This document shows, one piece after another, positions 11,866-24,335 of a DNA stretch of 64,000 nt. The translations under genes and the position numbers were made by a program. Source of the DNA: Carcharhinus longimanus (Eukaryota); contig JASCQW010000175.1 of assembly GCA_030264375.1 (NCBI GenBank), forward strand, positions 11,555,646 to 11,619,645. The letters are read 5' to 3'. Within the stretch, counting starts at the first letter, position 1. Every line of letters begins with the position of its first letter. Under the pieces are notes generated by a model. The model ran no database searches. It was given only the letters and a program-made list of their open reading frames with translations, and was not told where the DNA came from.

Positions 11866-12580
11866 GTTACACCTTCAATGTTATCCCCACACTGTGGGAT
11901 TCCCAGATATTAGCCTTATGGATGATAGGGAAGGTGAAAGTAGCCACAGTTTCCACTCCTGAATGTCGTTCAGTAATCTTTGTTGGATATTGAATGTAAG
12001 AAATACAAGAAGGAGTAGACCATTTGGCCCCTCGGGCTTTCTCAGCCATTCTGTATGATCATGGCTGATTATCTGAATTAACCCCATTTTCCTGCCCCTT
12101 CCCCGTATCCCTTGATTCCCCAAGAGATCAAAAATCTGTTTGTGTGTGTGTATACGCACTTCAGTTGGGTAAGGCTAACACAGCTCTCCACAGTTAAATA
12201 GCACGCTCACACCTGTCATCTAGAATGGACACCTTGGAGCTGAGGGCACGTGGGAAGTTAAAGCACTGCAAGATTCAGACTTGCAGAGAGCACGAGGGGA
12301 AAATGACTAACGAGAGCAGCTCTAAGTACATTCAAACCAAATATTTTGCTGCTTTTGCTACACTTAGCCAAAACAGCATTGGTTATTTTAGCTAATTAAA
12401 ACCTGCCAATTTTAAAGGATGACTTTGGAAATGCTGTAATGAAAATTAATAATTGCTGTAATCTGGGTGTCGATAGAGTAAGCCTTAGCGAGGAACAGAT
12501 CCTTGGTCAAGAGGTGCGGTTATGCTTTTGTCAAGCTTTTAGATAGTCAACATTACTATGTGTGCATTTACCCCTGATGG

Positions 12581-12898
12581 ATAGAATCATAGTTTCCCTG
12601 CAGTGCAGGAGGCCGTTCAGCCCATTAAGCATGCACCGACAGGAATCCCATCTTATCCTCGTAACCCCACTTATTTACTCTTCTAGTTCCCTTGACAGCA
12701 AGAGGGAGTTTTACACCTCTGATCAACCTAGCAGAAAATGGACTGTGGGAGGGAACCAGAGCACATGGGGTGGGGGGGAACCCACGCAGACACGGGGAGA
12801 ACGTGCAAACGCCACATAGACAGTGAACCAAGGCTGGAATCGAACCCAGGTCCCTGGAGCTGTGAGGCAGTAGTGCTAACCGCTGTGCCACCTTGCCT
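12581..12898 (-). mobile_element. HE1-like V-SINE, CR1-type tail
   Basis: Same family by eye alignment. Confidence 0.8.
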
Positions 12899-14103
12899 CC
12901 CAGATAATCAGACTCACTGTTTTATTTCTTTACTGCCATATAGGCTGATTGCTGAATATTTGCACTATGCAATTTTGTTGAACTTTGTTGAGTTGCATAC
13001 CAATTCATCAGGGAGTGGCTGAATATAAGATTAAGGAGCATTCAGGAGGGTTCTGAAACAGTCAGTGATGTGCCAAAGCATCACCCCAGTAAGTTGACTT
13101 TGGGGAGTCTCAACTCTTCTACTTCCAGTGCAATTGAGTAAAACATCAATATTTCAACTGTTTCTTGAATTTATCCAAATATTTCTATCCCATGTTTACT
13201 GTAATGCAGGTACTCACTAAATTCTAGCTGGGGTTTGTGTGTGGAGAGTTGGGGGGTGGAAGGGTATAAATCTACAATCCTTCACCAAAGTCCTATTTAG
13301 AAAACTTGTCACACCAGTGAGCAGCTTAGCACTGTTGTGAGAGCATTGAATTAAATCATTGATACCACATTATCCAAAGTGATTCATGGTTATTATTAAT
13401 TATTAGAGAAATGTGAGCTTACATGAAGCTGCTATACTCTTAAAATTAGATAATCCAGGAGGGCTGGTGGCACGCTCAGTTGGATCTTCAGTGTGCTGCC
13501 TTATTGAATTGCAGGAGGTTTGGTTATATCCACAGTGTTCAACGTGCAGTAATGAGTTTCAACTTTGCCTGAATGCTAATTTAGAGGGCCGGAAGAAAAA
13601 TAAATTAGCCAGGATGCTTTGGTGCACCTTCCAGCAGTCTGATCAAAGAGGTGCAATAGCTATAAAAAAACAGTAAGAGGTAGAAATCATAATCCATGTA
13701 AGCACACCAAGCAATACATCATGTTTTCCCACTCCCCAGCTACCAATGCAGATCAGTGGCCCTGCAGGCAATAAAGTGGGGCAGACCTGTTCCAAGAACT
13801 TGAGCAGAACTCATGGTTGCTTACTGGATTGGCTGGAGGGTGGTGCTGAGATTACTGATGCATTGGATGAATATATGTCACCTATCGAACCATAGAAGCT
13901 ATCAGTTTCTCAAGATTCTGGCCTAAACCGTAGACAGAACTTTCCAACAAGGAATAGAGACTTTAGCTCATTTCTGTTTTTTGTCCAGACTGATTTTGTG
14001 AACTAGATCAGATTCTTCATTGTCACAGGGCTGGGACTGCATACAGGACAACACTCTTCAAATTCCTTTCTGTTCCTACACTAGGTCTACTGATTTCTGT
14101 TCA

Positions 14104-14377
14104 GTAAAGTTTATTAGACACAAGTAAAGCTTACATTAACACTGCAATGAAATTACTGTAAAATTCTCCTAGTCGCCACATTCTGGTGCCTGTTCGGGTA
14201 CACGGATAATTTAGCGTGGCCAATGAACATGTCTTTCAGACTGTGTGTGGTTGGGGGGGGATGGAACCGGAGCACCCAGAGAGAACGTGCAAACTCCACG
14301 CAGACAGTGACCCAAGCCAGGAATTGAACCCGGGTCCCTGGTGCTATGAGGCAGCCGTGCTAACCACTGTGCCGCCA
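14104..14377 (-). mobile_element. HE1-like V-SINE, type-B tail
   Basis: Tail ...CAGTAATTTCATTGCAGTGTTAATGTAAGCTTTACTTGTGTCTAATAAA. Confidence 0.8.
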
Positions 14378-15714
14378 CTCCTGTGTTCAGCCTGATGCAA
14401 TCTAATTTGGATTGAACAAATGGGATGGAACCTGGCATCTCCAGTGTATGTGGATTGGTGCTACCAAACGATAGCTGTGATATCTGCTGCAGTCTGGATT
14501 TCTTGGATCTTCAAAAGTCTTACATAATCGTAAGCATATTCCATTAGTTGCAGGTTTGAGTTAGTCAAAATTTCAGCTGGGCCCTGTGTAGATTTTTGTC
14601 TCTTGTTCATTCACAACAAAGCAGGTGGAGTTCACTTTTTTTTCTTGCAAATCTTTAACTACAACGTGCTGTATACAATGGACAGTGAGACCTCTGTAAT
14701 GTTCAGATTGCAGAGTCTCAGCCATGTCGTGAGTTATTCAACTAAGTGTACTTCTTTGCAAGGTGCTTTAAGTAGTTTGCTACATTGAGAAATGACGCAA
14801 GCCATTTAGCTTCATTTGCATTCTGGTGTTGCCAACAACAAAGTTTGTAATTTAGCTCTTTGATTGGTATCTTGTTCATTTGAATCGGAGTCATTGCTTA
14901 TACACGGTCTGTAAAAGCCATGCCGTGCCACTGATGCAGTAACTTGGGTCTACTTGGTTACTGAAATTGCTAATATGTAGATAACATAAAGATGAGACAA
15001 AAGTTGATAGAAAAATACTTTCAAAGTGCTGGGATATCTCGGGGCTAAGAAAGATAACTACATATCATTTCGAAGAAGTGCGTAAGCTCAATTTGTCTCC
15101 ATCAGAGTTGATGTTCCACACATGTTCCCATCCTCCTTTATCTAACCTTTTATTAGTTTTAACTTCTATTCCTCGCCCTCATGTACTGAGCTAGCTTTCC
15201 CTTCAGTACATCTGCTGCGTGTGTATATTCCACTCTGATTAAAGAGGTTTCTCTGGAATTTCCAATTGGATTTAGTATTGTCTCTCCTATTTCTCCCCCT
15301 TGGTTTTGGATTTCACCACTTCCATAACCCTAAACATTTTCTCTATGTCTACCCTGTCAATCCCCTTTCACAATTTTCAAGACCTCTGTCAGATCACCCC
15401 CACCTCTTCAATCTTTCTTTGTGATTAGAACCTCTGCACTGTGGAATTTTGGTGTCATTATCTGAAATTTCCTATTTTAATGTAAGAGCAATCTGATCTC
15501 CATGTCTTATTGAATCTCAGACATTTTCAAGTGCTTCATATATAATATTCTGATAACTATTACATGGTCAAATATGAAACTATTTAACACAGCGATGTCA
15601 CACACACACACACAGCAATGAGATGAGTATGCAGTTATTCTGTTTTTTGGTGGTTGAAGTTCTCTAAGGAATCTTCAGCATTTACCTGAGCACTGAAAGA
15701 AAGAACTGTTAACA

Positions 15715-15840
15715 TCCTGGTTTTAACATCCTACCTGAAAAACAACAGCTTTGACAATTTAGCACTCCCTCGGTACTGCAGGGTTGGCTTAAGTTATGAA
15801 TGGGACTTGAACACAACCTTCTAACTCAAAGTGGGAACAG
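15715..15840 (-). mobile_element. Ancient Deu-SINE-like remnant (related pieces ~26620-26780, 27480-27575, 60035-60240)
   Basis: AGCACTCCCTCGGTACTGCA...GGGACTTGAAC..AACCTTCT.ACTCA motif. Confidence 0.5.
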
Positions 15841-16191
15841 GATGACTGGTATTGAAATGTACTTAATATGAAACATTTAGGTAATGTATTCCTAATAGTT
15901 ATCCGTGTTGGATTCTATGATGGGCTTATTTGAAAACCATTCAGAAAAGCTCATAAATGAACATAACTCCTAATCTAGGAATTAAAATGATACACTGCAA
16001 AGGAAGCTATTCAACCATTGTGCACTGCGAGCTCTTTGCAAGAGCTGTCCAATTAGTCCCATTCTTATTGCCCTTGTCGGTGTATGCCTTTAATTGCAGT
16101 ACTGTAATTACTAGATATTGAGGTATTTCAAGTTAGCGTAGTTCTAAATTATTTTTTACAAATTTGTAGAAGCAAATTTTCAAGAAGCAGT

Positions 16192-16543
16192 TATAGAATC
16201 ACAGGGTAGGCAATTCAGCCCATCAAGTCAGCACCGACTCTCTGACACAGTATCTTATCCAAGCCCTCTTTCCCTGCACTATCCCCATAACCCCACACAT
16301 TTACTGTGGCAAATCCCCCTAACCAACACGTATTGGGACACTAAGGGGCAATTTAGCATGGCCAGTCCACCTAACCTGCACATCTTTGGACTGTGGGAGG
16401 AAACCAGAGCACCTGGAGGAAACCCATGCAGACTTGGGGAAAACGTACAAACTCTACACAGGTAGTGACCCAAGTCAGGAATCGAACCCGGATCCCTGGC
16501 GCCGTGAGGCAGCAGTGCTAACCAATGTGCCACTGTGCCGCCC
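16192..16543 (-). mobile_element. HE1-like V-SINE, CR1-type tail
   Basis: Full head GGGGCGGCACAGTGGCACATTGGTTAGC; adjacent to a CR1 3' tail at 16545-16675 (+). Confidence 0.85.
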
Positions 16544-17152
16544 CATTTAGCTCTTGAGGTGAAGGGGATCAAAGGATATAGAGGGAAGGCGGGATCAACC
16601 GTGATCATTATGAATGATGGAGCAGGCTTGAAGGGCCAAAGAGCCTCTTCCTGCTCTTATTTCCTATCTTTCTATATATTTAGCTAGAACTAACCAACCA
16701 GTTTTTTTGAGCAAAAGATCAGATCTGGATCTGGTTCACCAGCAGGCCAATGGGATTTTTCCACAGGATCATAGAATCTCTACAGTGCAGAAGAGGGCAT
16801 TTGGCCCATCGAGCTAGGGGTGAATTGTCTTCATTCCAGGAAAATTCAGCTGTTGAAAGGAAACTCGTTGCAAAAATGCTGACTTTAATGTTGTTGTTTC
16901 TGGCAGTTTGTCACTGTGGGTTAATCCAGGGCTTTAGTTAAAACAGATTTTATATGGGGATCTTATAGGGACATAAGATAATGAAGGGGATAGATAGGGT
17001 AGAGGTAGAGAGATTCTTCCCGCTTAGAAAGGACAGCAGGACTAGAGGGCACNNNNNNNNNNNNNNNNNNNNNNNNNNNNNNNNNNNNNNNNNNNNNNNN
17101 NNNNNNNNNNNNNNNNNNNNNNNNNNNNNNNNNNNNNNNNNNNNNNNNNNNN

Positions 17153-18240
17153 TGTGCTGACCTCCAGCTCTGAAGAGAAGACTTTCAGCTTATAGGATGT
17201 AAGAATGGGTGCCTTTCCCCCTGTGAAGGTACCAAGTCTTTAACAGTGTGATGCTCTGTAGGCTTTAAGCTGGATTTAGGTAAAGCACATTCTGTGGAAG
17301 ACTCTTCATGAGAAGTAAAGTTGGCAATACATTGGTAGGTTCAATAGAACTAAGAACTGAATGCTGCTTAGCACTAAAAGAACAGCTGATTCTTCAAAAA
17401 ACGACATTATAAGGTGCATCTATCAATGGGAAAGAGGAATCATTCTCCAGAGCCTCAACCTCCTAAAGATCACTCAGTAGTGCGCTCTTTAGGGTGAGCC
17501 AGTTTGGGTCCAGAAAGATTTCTGTGGATGGTCACTATCTGCTGCAGTGCCTTCTGTATCTATCATTTCTGCACTTACTTTGTGAACAACTGAGAGATTC
17601 ATAGTGTTCTTGTCTTCCTTGGGTCCAGAAGAAAGGAACTTACTGCTGAGGGTATAAACTTCCTCAGCACCTGAAGGCTGAATTTCCACTGCTTCTAAGT
17701 AAAAGGATGAAAGGTTGTTGTATTAAAGACAGTGAGTCATTCATACTTTGAGCACCATCTGTTGGTCTAACATTCCTACAAGAAAATCAACATCACAACT
17801 CAATAGGGATGTAAATTGATTGTGAAGAACATAGGGAGAATCAGCCACCTTTCACCCTTTGTAGCTAAGAGTAGCTATAATCTTGCTTTTGGTAGGAAGG
17901 TCTATGTCAGCTCGACCTTGCCATTTGATGTCTGAGAGATGAAGGGTCATTGACTGAAGCCAGTCAAGGTCATAAGCTAATGTGCGAACAGCTGCTCCAC
18001 TATCAATTTTAAAAGTGGTACCGAAGCCTTGAACCTGGACTGTAATTTGACTAGTAGTCTGGATTAAAATCATTTACTTCCCCTAGGAATTCTGTAGGTT
18101 TTTTTTCACTTTGCATTTCTTGAAAGGAATGCATTTCGTAAATATAAGCTGGTCTGCGACTTCAGTTAAATTTGTTGGATTTGCAGAATGCCTGAAATGT
18201 CCGGTTTTGCCACACTGGAAGCATTCCATGCTGGGCAGTC
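17153..18240 (-). mobile_element. Decayed Ty3/Gypsy-type gag-protease fragment
   Basis: Minus strand has zinc knuckle CFQCGKTGHF (~18195-18225) followed by aspartic-protease motif FKIDSGA (ORF 17852-18073). Confidence 0.65.
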
Positions 18241-19248
18241 TTAGTATCTATGTGATACAAAATGATTCCAGTATGGAGTTTTCCACACATTACATTGACC
18301 CAAGCTAGGAATCAAACCTAGGTCCCTGGAGCTGTGAGGCAGCAGCGCTAGCCACTGTGCCACGGTGCCTTTCCATCATTGATGGGAATTTCTTCTCTGT
18401 TATGTAGGAGACTAGAGTAGAGGACATCATGTAGGAGACTGGAGGTAGAGGAATAATGGTTAATCTTTCAGTTTCCCTAAAGCAGCTTTTAAAAAAGATA
18501 CTCTGCCTGAAGTTGTTTGGGTTGCACTCAGAAGGTTGTGAATTTTAAGAATTTTCTACTCCAGAGGGCTGTGGATCCTCCATTGTTGAATATCACCAAA
18601 ATTGAGCTGTTTGTCTCTGAAGGGATGTGGAGAGCAGGTGAGAGAGTGGATTTAGGACAGAACATCAGCTGTTATCAGATTGAATGGTGAAACAGGCATA
18701 GGGCAACATGATCCAATCCTACTCTTCTTATCTTTTCATGTTCACTTCTGATTCTCGGGCTTGCTGGTTCTGCATAGACTCATAGATGGTTCGTCACAGG
18801 GGTGCATTACTCCGGAGGGATCATTCTAACAATGATCATAATTGTGGTCCCTCTGCTTCCAGTGGCCAAGTATGTAGAAGGAATGTTGGTGGGACATATG
18901 GAAACTAAAATGTTGACATATTAAGAAACACAAAGGGATTCAAAAGTTTGGAAAACTGTGAAACCCCATTACATTGGAAGGAAAGTACATTGGAAGGAAA
19001 TAATCAAGGCAAATACCAAAGAGTTCTTCATCCTAAGACGGTTAGAGGGAAAGTATGTTATGAGCCTTGACCACATCTCAAGTTTTTGATAAGATCCAGT
19101 TCAGAACAAATAATACTTTGTTTAAAGAACTACAGTTGAGATTTAAGACATTTGCTCAGCAAAGAAAACCACAAGTTTCCACAGATTTTGAACAAACAAA
19201 AATATTTTTTACTATATATGAAGATAAAGATAAAATAATTTATAACAA

Positions 19249-19451
19249 GTGAGATTCTCTGGCCTCCGCTCAGTATTTTTCCTGGCAGTGGGAGGCAGTA
19301 CACAGTTTGTTGGTGGGATACGCTGGTGTCACCACTGTCAATGGGAATTCCCATTGAGGCCACCCCATGCTGCCAGGGATCTCACAGCAGGACTGTGCCA
19401 ACAGTGGGATGAGAGAGTCCTGCCAGTGTCAACAGCTGGAGAATTCTGTCC
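19249..19451. mobile_element. Short MITE-like palindromic element
   Basis: Imperfect inverted ends (ATTCTCTGGC ... GCTGGAGAAT) and a perfect central 20-bp palindrome TCAATGGGAATTCCCATTGA at 19338-19357. Confidence 0.55.
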
Positions 19452-19679
19452 AAAATCTATCTTGTACTCTATTGTTCAAGGTAAGTACAAAGTACATGTG
19501 AATTAACGAGCCAACTGTGGTCAAACACACCACAATAGCGTCAACAATAAATGACAGATCTGACTAAAACAGAGTCCATAGATTTCTCAGCAACCCACCC
19601 AGATGCCAGTAATACTGTAAGTCAATGAATCACATTGAAACTCTGTCTCTCTCATGAAGGATTCCAGTCTTTGAAGATC

Positions 19680-20043
19680 ATAGAAATCATAGACAGTCAG
19701 AAAAAGTCCATTTGGCCCACTGAGTCTGTACCGATCACAATCCCAGCCGGGCCCTACCCCCATGTCCCTACACATTACCCGCTAACCCTTCTAACCTATG
19801 CATCTCAGGACACTAAGGGGCAATTTTAGCTTGGCCAATCAACCTAATCCACACATCTTTGGACTGTGGGAGGAAACTGGAGCACCCAGAGGAAACCCAC
19901 ACAGACACGAGGAGAATGTGCAAACTTCATACAGACAGTGACCCACATCAGGAATTGAACCCAGGTCCCTGGAGGTGTGAAGCAGCATGCTAACCACTGT
20001 GCTACCGTGCTGCCCAAAGAGCCACCCTGCTACCGTGCCACCC
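19680..20043 (-). mobile_element. HE1-like V-SINE with 7-bp target-site duplication
   Basis: GAAGATC at 19673-19679 and 20044-20050; CR1-type tail; duplicated 5' tip. Confidence 0.85.
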
Positions 20044-22485
20044 GAAGATCGAACCTTGGAATTCTTTTTAAAGGTCGCTCTAACTCAGACAGCATCAACA
20101 ACAGCTCACTTGCAGGGTTCCAATTTCATCTCCTGAGATTCAATTCCTTTGTATTCCCAAGTATACATTCAAACACCAACTCACAAGCGTAACTTCAGTT
20201 CTTTAGCTGAGCTGGAACACTAGTGCTCCAAAGTGGTATTTTTGCCCCAGTAGCCCACAGTATGGAGTTACCATCCTTGTTAGATCTTCAGGTCTTCTCC
20301 TGAACTCTCTCCAATTACCAGAGCTTCCTTTGAGCCCTCTTCACTTACAGTTTGCTCCCCACAGTCCTATTTCTATTTTGAGCCTGTTTTCCTGCTCCTC
20401 TCTTTTTAACTGAACTGGAACCTCTTTCTGTTGCTTTCCTTTCTCTGGAGCTCCTCTTTTGGGAGCTCTCCCTGTCCCCTTTCCTTTGGGACCTCTCCAT
20501 GATACCTGATTGAGACTCATCTTCTTGATGGTGTCCTGTTCCCCAGTCAGCTGACCTAGGTTTTCATGCTCTTTCCTTATGTTTCACTGCACTGGGTCTA
20601 AAAATACGTCAAGATGCCAATCTGAGCATGTGCAGCCCAGTCCCAGACCTCCCCACTCTCCAACGAGATAGGTTTGGGTTTCCTAACAGATTGAGGGAGA
20701 CAGATAGAGGAAAATGTTGCGGTTGCAGAAAATCATGCAACAGCTGCCCCAGTTACAGTTGCAAGTATCGGTGTCAGAGAGAAACTTGAAGATGTGAATA
20801 GCCTGCAAGCTTCTCTTTATGTTCCCAAGTCTTCCATAATCATCTTCCGGTCCAGAGTTTACTCCATAGCACAGGATGAGTCATAGAGCCTGTAGAGGGT
20901 TACAGCATGGAAACAGGCTCTTTGGCCCAACTTGTCCATGCTGCCCTTTTTTTAAACCCCTAAGCTAGTCCCAGTTGCCTGCATTTGGCCCATATCCCTC
21001 TATACCCATCTTACACATGTAACTGTCTCAATGCTTTATAGAGTTATGTTTCTAATAACCCAGAAGTTGAGATAAAACCACCACATTATGAAATTGAACA
21101 GAATTGAACTATACTTCATCAGTGTCTTCTGGGAAGCTAACTTACCATTCACTCTCTGGCCCACACGTGATGCTGATCCAAGATGGTTGACTCTTGATGT
21201 TCTTGGGGCGACTGGGAGTGGTGGGTAACACTGTTATGACACTACCTTGTCATTATTACACACACGCCAGAAACAAATATTAACAAGTGACTGTGATAAT
21301 GTGCCTCGATTTAATTTACACTTTTGTTTCTTTAGTTTGTAAATGAATAGAAAATTTCCAGTTCCTTTTTGTGAAGACTCCCCCGAACGTGAGAGACAGA
21401 TTCCCAGTGAAACTTCATAGCAGCAGCTGAATTTAGTACATTGGAGAAATAAAGCAACATATCTATTCGAAGGAAAATGAACCATATGCAGTTTATTGGC
21501 AGCATCACTTAAGGGATGAGAAGAGATTAGGCCTTGTTTTCCTTTTGAGGCTAAACTAGGCTGGGCAGTACTTGAATGACGTCTCTTTATAAAAATGAAC
21601 TGTTTATATTTCAGGATTTTCAACTTTGGTCAGATGTACAAAGGAGCAGAGTGGCCAATGTTGACTTGTTTGAACACAGCCCTCATAATATGTTGCTGTT
21701 TACACACCATTTCCAACAGACACATTTAACCTTTCCTTTGCCAGTTTTCTTTCTCAATTTCAATTTAACACCGCAGAAGAGGATAAGAAAGGAAACAAGA
21801 TACAAAGTTTTTCATTTTTATTTAAAAATGTATTATTGTCCTTTTAAAAATCATGAGATTCTAGCAAACTACACATTCCCACTCTCAGTTATGAAAGAAA
21901 TCACAGCCATCTTGCAACTGATATGTCACTTTCGGCTTTAAATTAGAGAGTTTAAAGTGTGGACTGTCTGTCTTTTGAACCTTTGAGCTATAGCTGTCAG
22001 TTTCTCACCTGGGTCACAAACAATATATGTAGGGAGCCCTGGGTCTTGGTTGAAGAAAGAAAGGTGATGCCGTGTTAAAAGCATTGGTGAAAGAAATTGG
22101 ATATTTTCAATCCACTCATCAGAAAGTGGCAGTTTCAGCTTTGGACAATTATTCTGCATTTACTTCAGAAAATATTCACAGATACGTTTAACAGCAATGT
22201 TAACATTCCCAGTGGAACGAATCCATCCCAGACTACTTACTCATGTCTGAATACAATATCTTCAGCTTTGTCTGAGCCTCTGGTTGCTGGAATCAGTTCG
22301 ATAAACAGAAATAATACTGAGGATCAATCCAGATAGAAATAGTGGAAAAGTTCAATACTGTTTTCCCTTTTGCGTGCAGCCAGAATTAACCCCTTCAGTT
22401 GCATTCCCAGTGTTTTGTTGCATGGAAAAAGTCATCCCGAACAAAATACTATGTATTTAAAGCTAACAGAGTTGATATTCACAGA

Positions 22486-22572
22486 ATGTGGTTTGGATTT
22501 TATCCCGTTGTTACCCGAGAAATCCAAATCCCCAGTCCGTTATTTGAAGGCACTATCCCACACTGTTCTCAG
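22486..22572 (+). CDS. Candidate alternative first coding exon of RBFOX2 (MWFGFYPVVTREIQIPSPLFEGTIPHCSQ)
   Basis: ATG at 22486 opens 29 codons ending TCT CAG|gtatta, phase 0, in frame with the exon at 34418. Lies in a repeat-free block. Inferred from structure only. Confidence 0.45.
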
Positions 22573-24007
22573 GTATTATTCATGAATAACTGTAGACTTT
22601 TAAAAGAATGAAGATGACCAAGTGATGCAAGCATTCCTGCACAAAGCTGTTGAGGGACTTGATTCAAACTGCAGCCATTGCTGATTCTTGCCTTTCCCCT
22701 TTCTCTCAGCTGAGTTGTTGAAAGTCGCATTAAGCAAAGATGCAACTAGTCCAGACTTTCAAAAAATGGAGTGAAATTTAGAAAATTTAAATCTGTATTA
22801 TCGGCAGTACATATTTTTAGTTGAAATGTTTTAAATGCAACATGCTTTTTTTCAAAAATAATCTTTTACATACAAGAAATCTTCTGAAAATTAATTGAAC
22901 TGGAATCGTTTGACTGGCTGGTGAGGCATGAAGACTGACACAAGCCATTGCAATCTTCTCAATCTAGATTAAATTGTCTGGCAGTCTGAATGGGGTGGAC
23001 TCATTGACCATAGTTGCTGCCTTGAAGCTCCAAGCCGCATTTTAATGTGGCTGTGCAGCATAAATGAATCACAAGATGAAGTAGCTGTGTTGAATAAAGT
23101 AGATACAAGCAGTGCAAGCATACTTCAGTTGTCTTTTTCATTGTAATGCTTTAAACATCTAATATTTCCTGTGAGAAAATTGGTCCAAATGTGATTGAAA
23201 GAAATACCACATTTCTTTTCTCTTTTAATTAAGATTTATCGTTGAAATGGTTGAGGTTTGTGATAGCAGAGTGTTAAGAAAATCTCAGCCCCCTTAAATT
23301 GCAGAGACCTGTTATAGTCAAAGACATCAAATTATTTTTCAATCAAACTGATCCAGCCTGACTCTAGGTTTGAACCAGTTATTGAATGCTGCTTGCTGAA
23401 CACAGGCATTTATTGGCAGTGAAACATCTCAAACCTATCAAATTTTAACCAAGAATTATACATCTGAATTACACTTTCAGATTAGGTGAAAAGATTGATA
23501 AAACAAACTATCAGTCGGGATAGCATGGGAATAAAACATGATGTTCCTCCTTTTGAGAGAATTAAACTGCAGTTGAATTACATGATCTCTTGAAGTATGT
23601 ATTCCAAAGCAAGAAAGGTAAGATTGTCAAATACTAACTTTCTCGCTACAGAGACTCAATGGGCAAATGCACTATATAGTGCATCACTGAGACGTGCAAT
23701 CCTGAAAGGTTCCAAGTTTGATTCCTAGTCTCGGATGAGTTCAGAGCTGCTGCATTTGACTTGGATGTCCCTGCCCTCTCCTGATTACTAATCAGCAACT
23801 TGCACTGGAGTGAATGAGTCAGGTTTAGCAATAATGAACTTCTTCATCAAACTGAATACTAGGCAACACTGCAGGTTTATGTACAAAGCAGCTAGTTGAG
23901 CGAAGTATTAGGTTGCATAACAATAACTATTATGGTTAGATGGGACATAAGTGACACCACTGCTGGAAGTATACACGTTGGTATCTTTGTGGTTAACTTT
24001 TTAGTTT

Positions 24008-24335
24008 CATAGAATTATACAAACCCTACGGTGCAGAAAGAGGCCATCTGGCCTATCGCGTTTGCACTGACCACAATCCCACCCAGTCCCTACACATTTA
24101 CCCACTAGTCCCTTCTAACCTACACATCTCAGGACACTAAGGGGCAATTTTAGCATGACCGATCAACCTAATCTGCGCATCTTCAGACTGTGGGAGGAAA
24201 CCGGAGCACCTGGAGGAAACCCATCCAGACACGAGGAGAATGTGCAAACTCCACACAGACAGTGACCCAAGCCGGGAATCAGTTCCCTGGAGCTGTGAAG
24301 CAGGAGTGCTAACCACTGTGCTAATGTGCCGCCCC
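24008..24335 (-). mobile_element. HE1-like V-SINE, CR1-type tail
   Basis: Same family by eye alignment. Confidence 0.85.

Larger units (their letters stand above)
19056..20688 (-). mobile_element. Solo-LTR-like element with two nested insertions
   Basis: Bounded by TGTTA...TAACA; contains a SINE (19680-20043) and a MITE-like element (19249-19451). No matching TSD seen; strand is a guess. Confidence 0.4.

Noticed and set aside
18402-19000. Small direct duplications (~27 bp at 18402-18452; 16 bp at 18970-19000)
   Set aside because: Ordinary slippage in decayed repeat or intron sequence.
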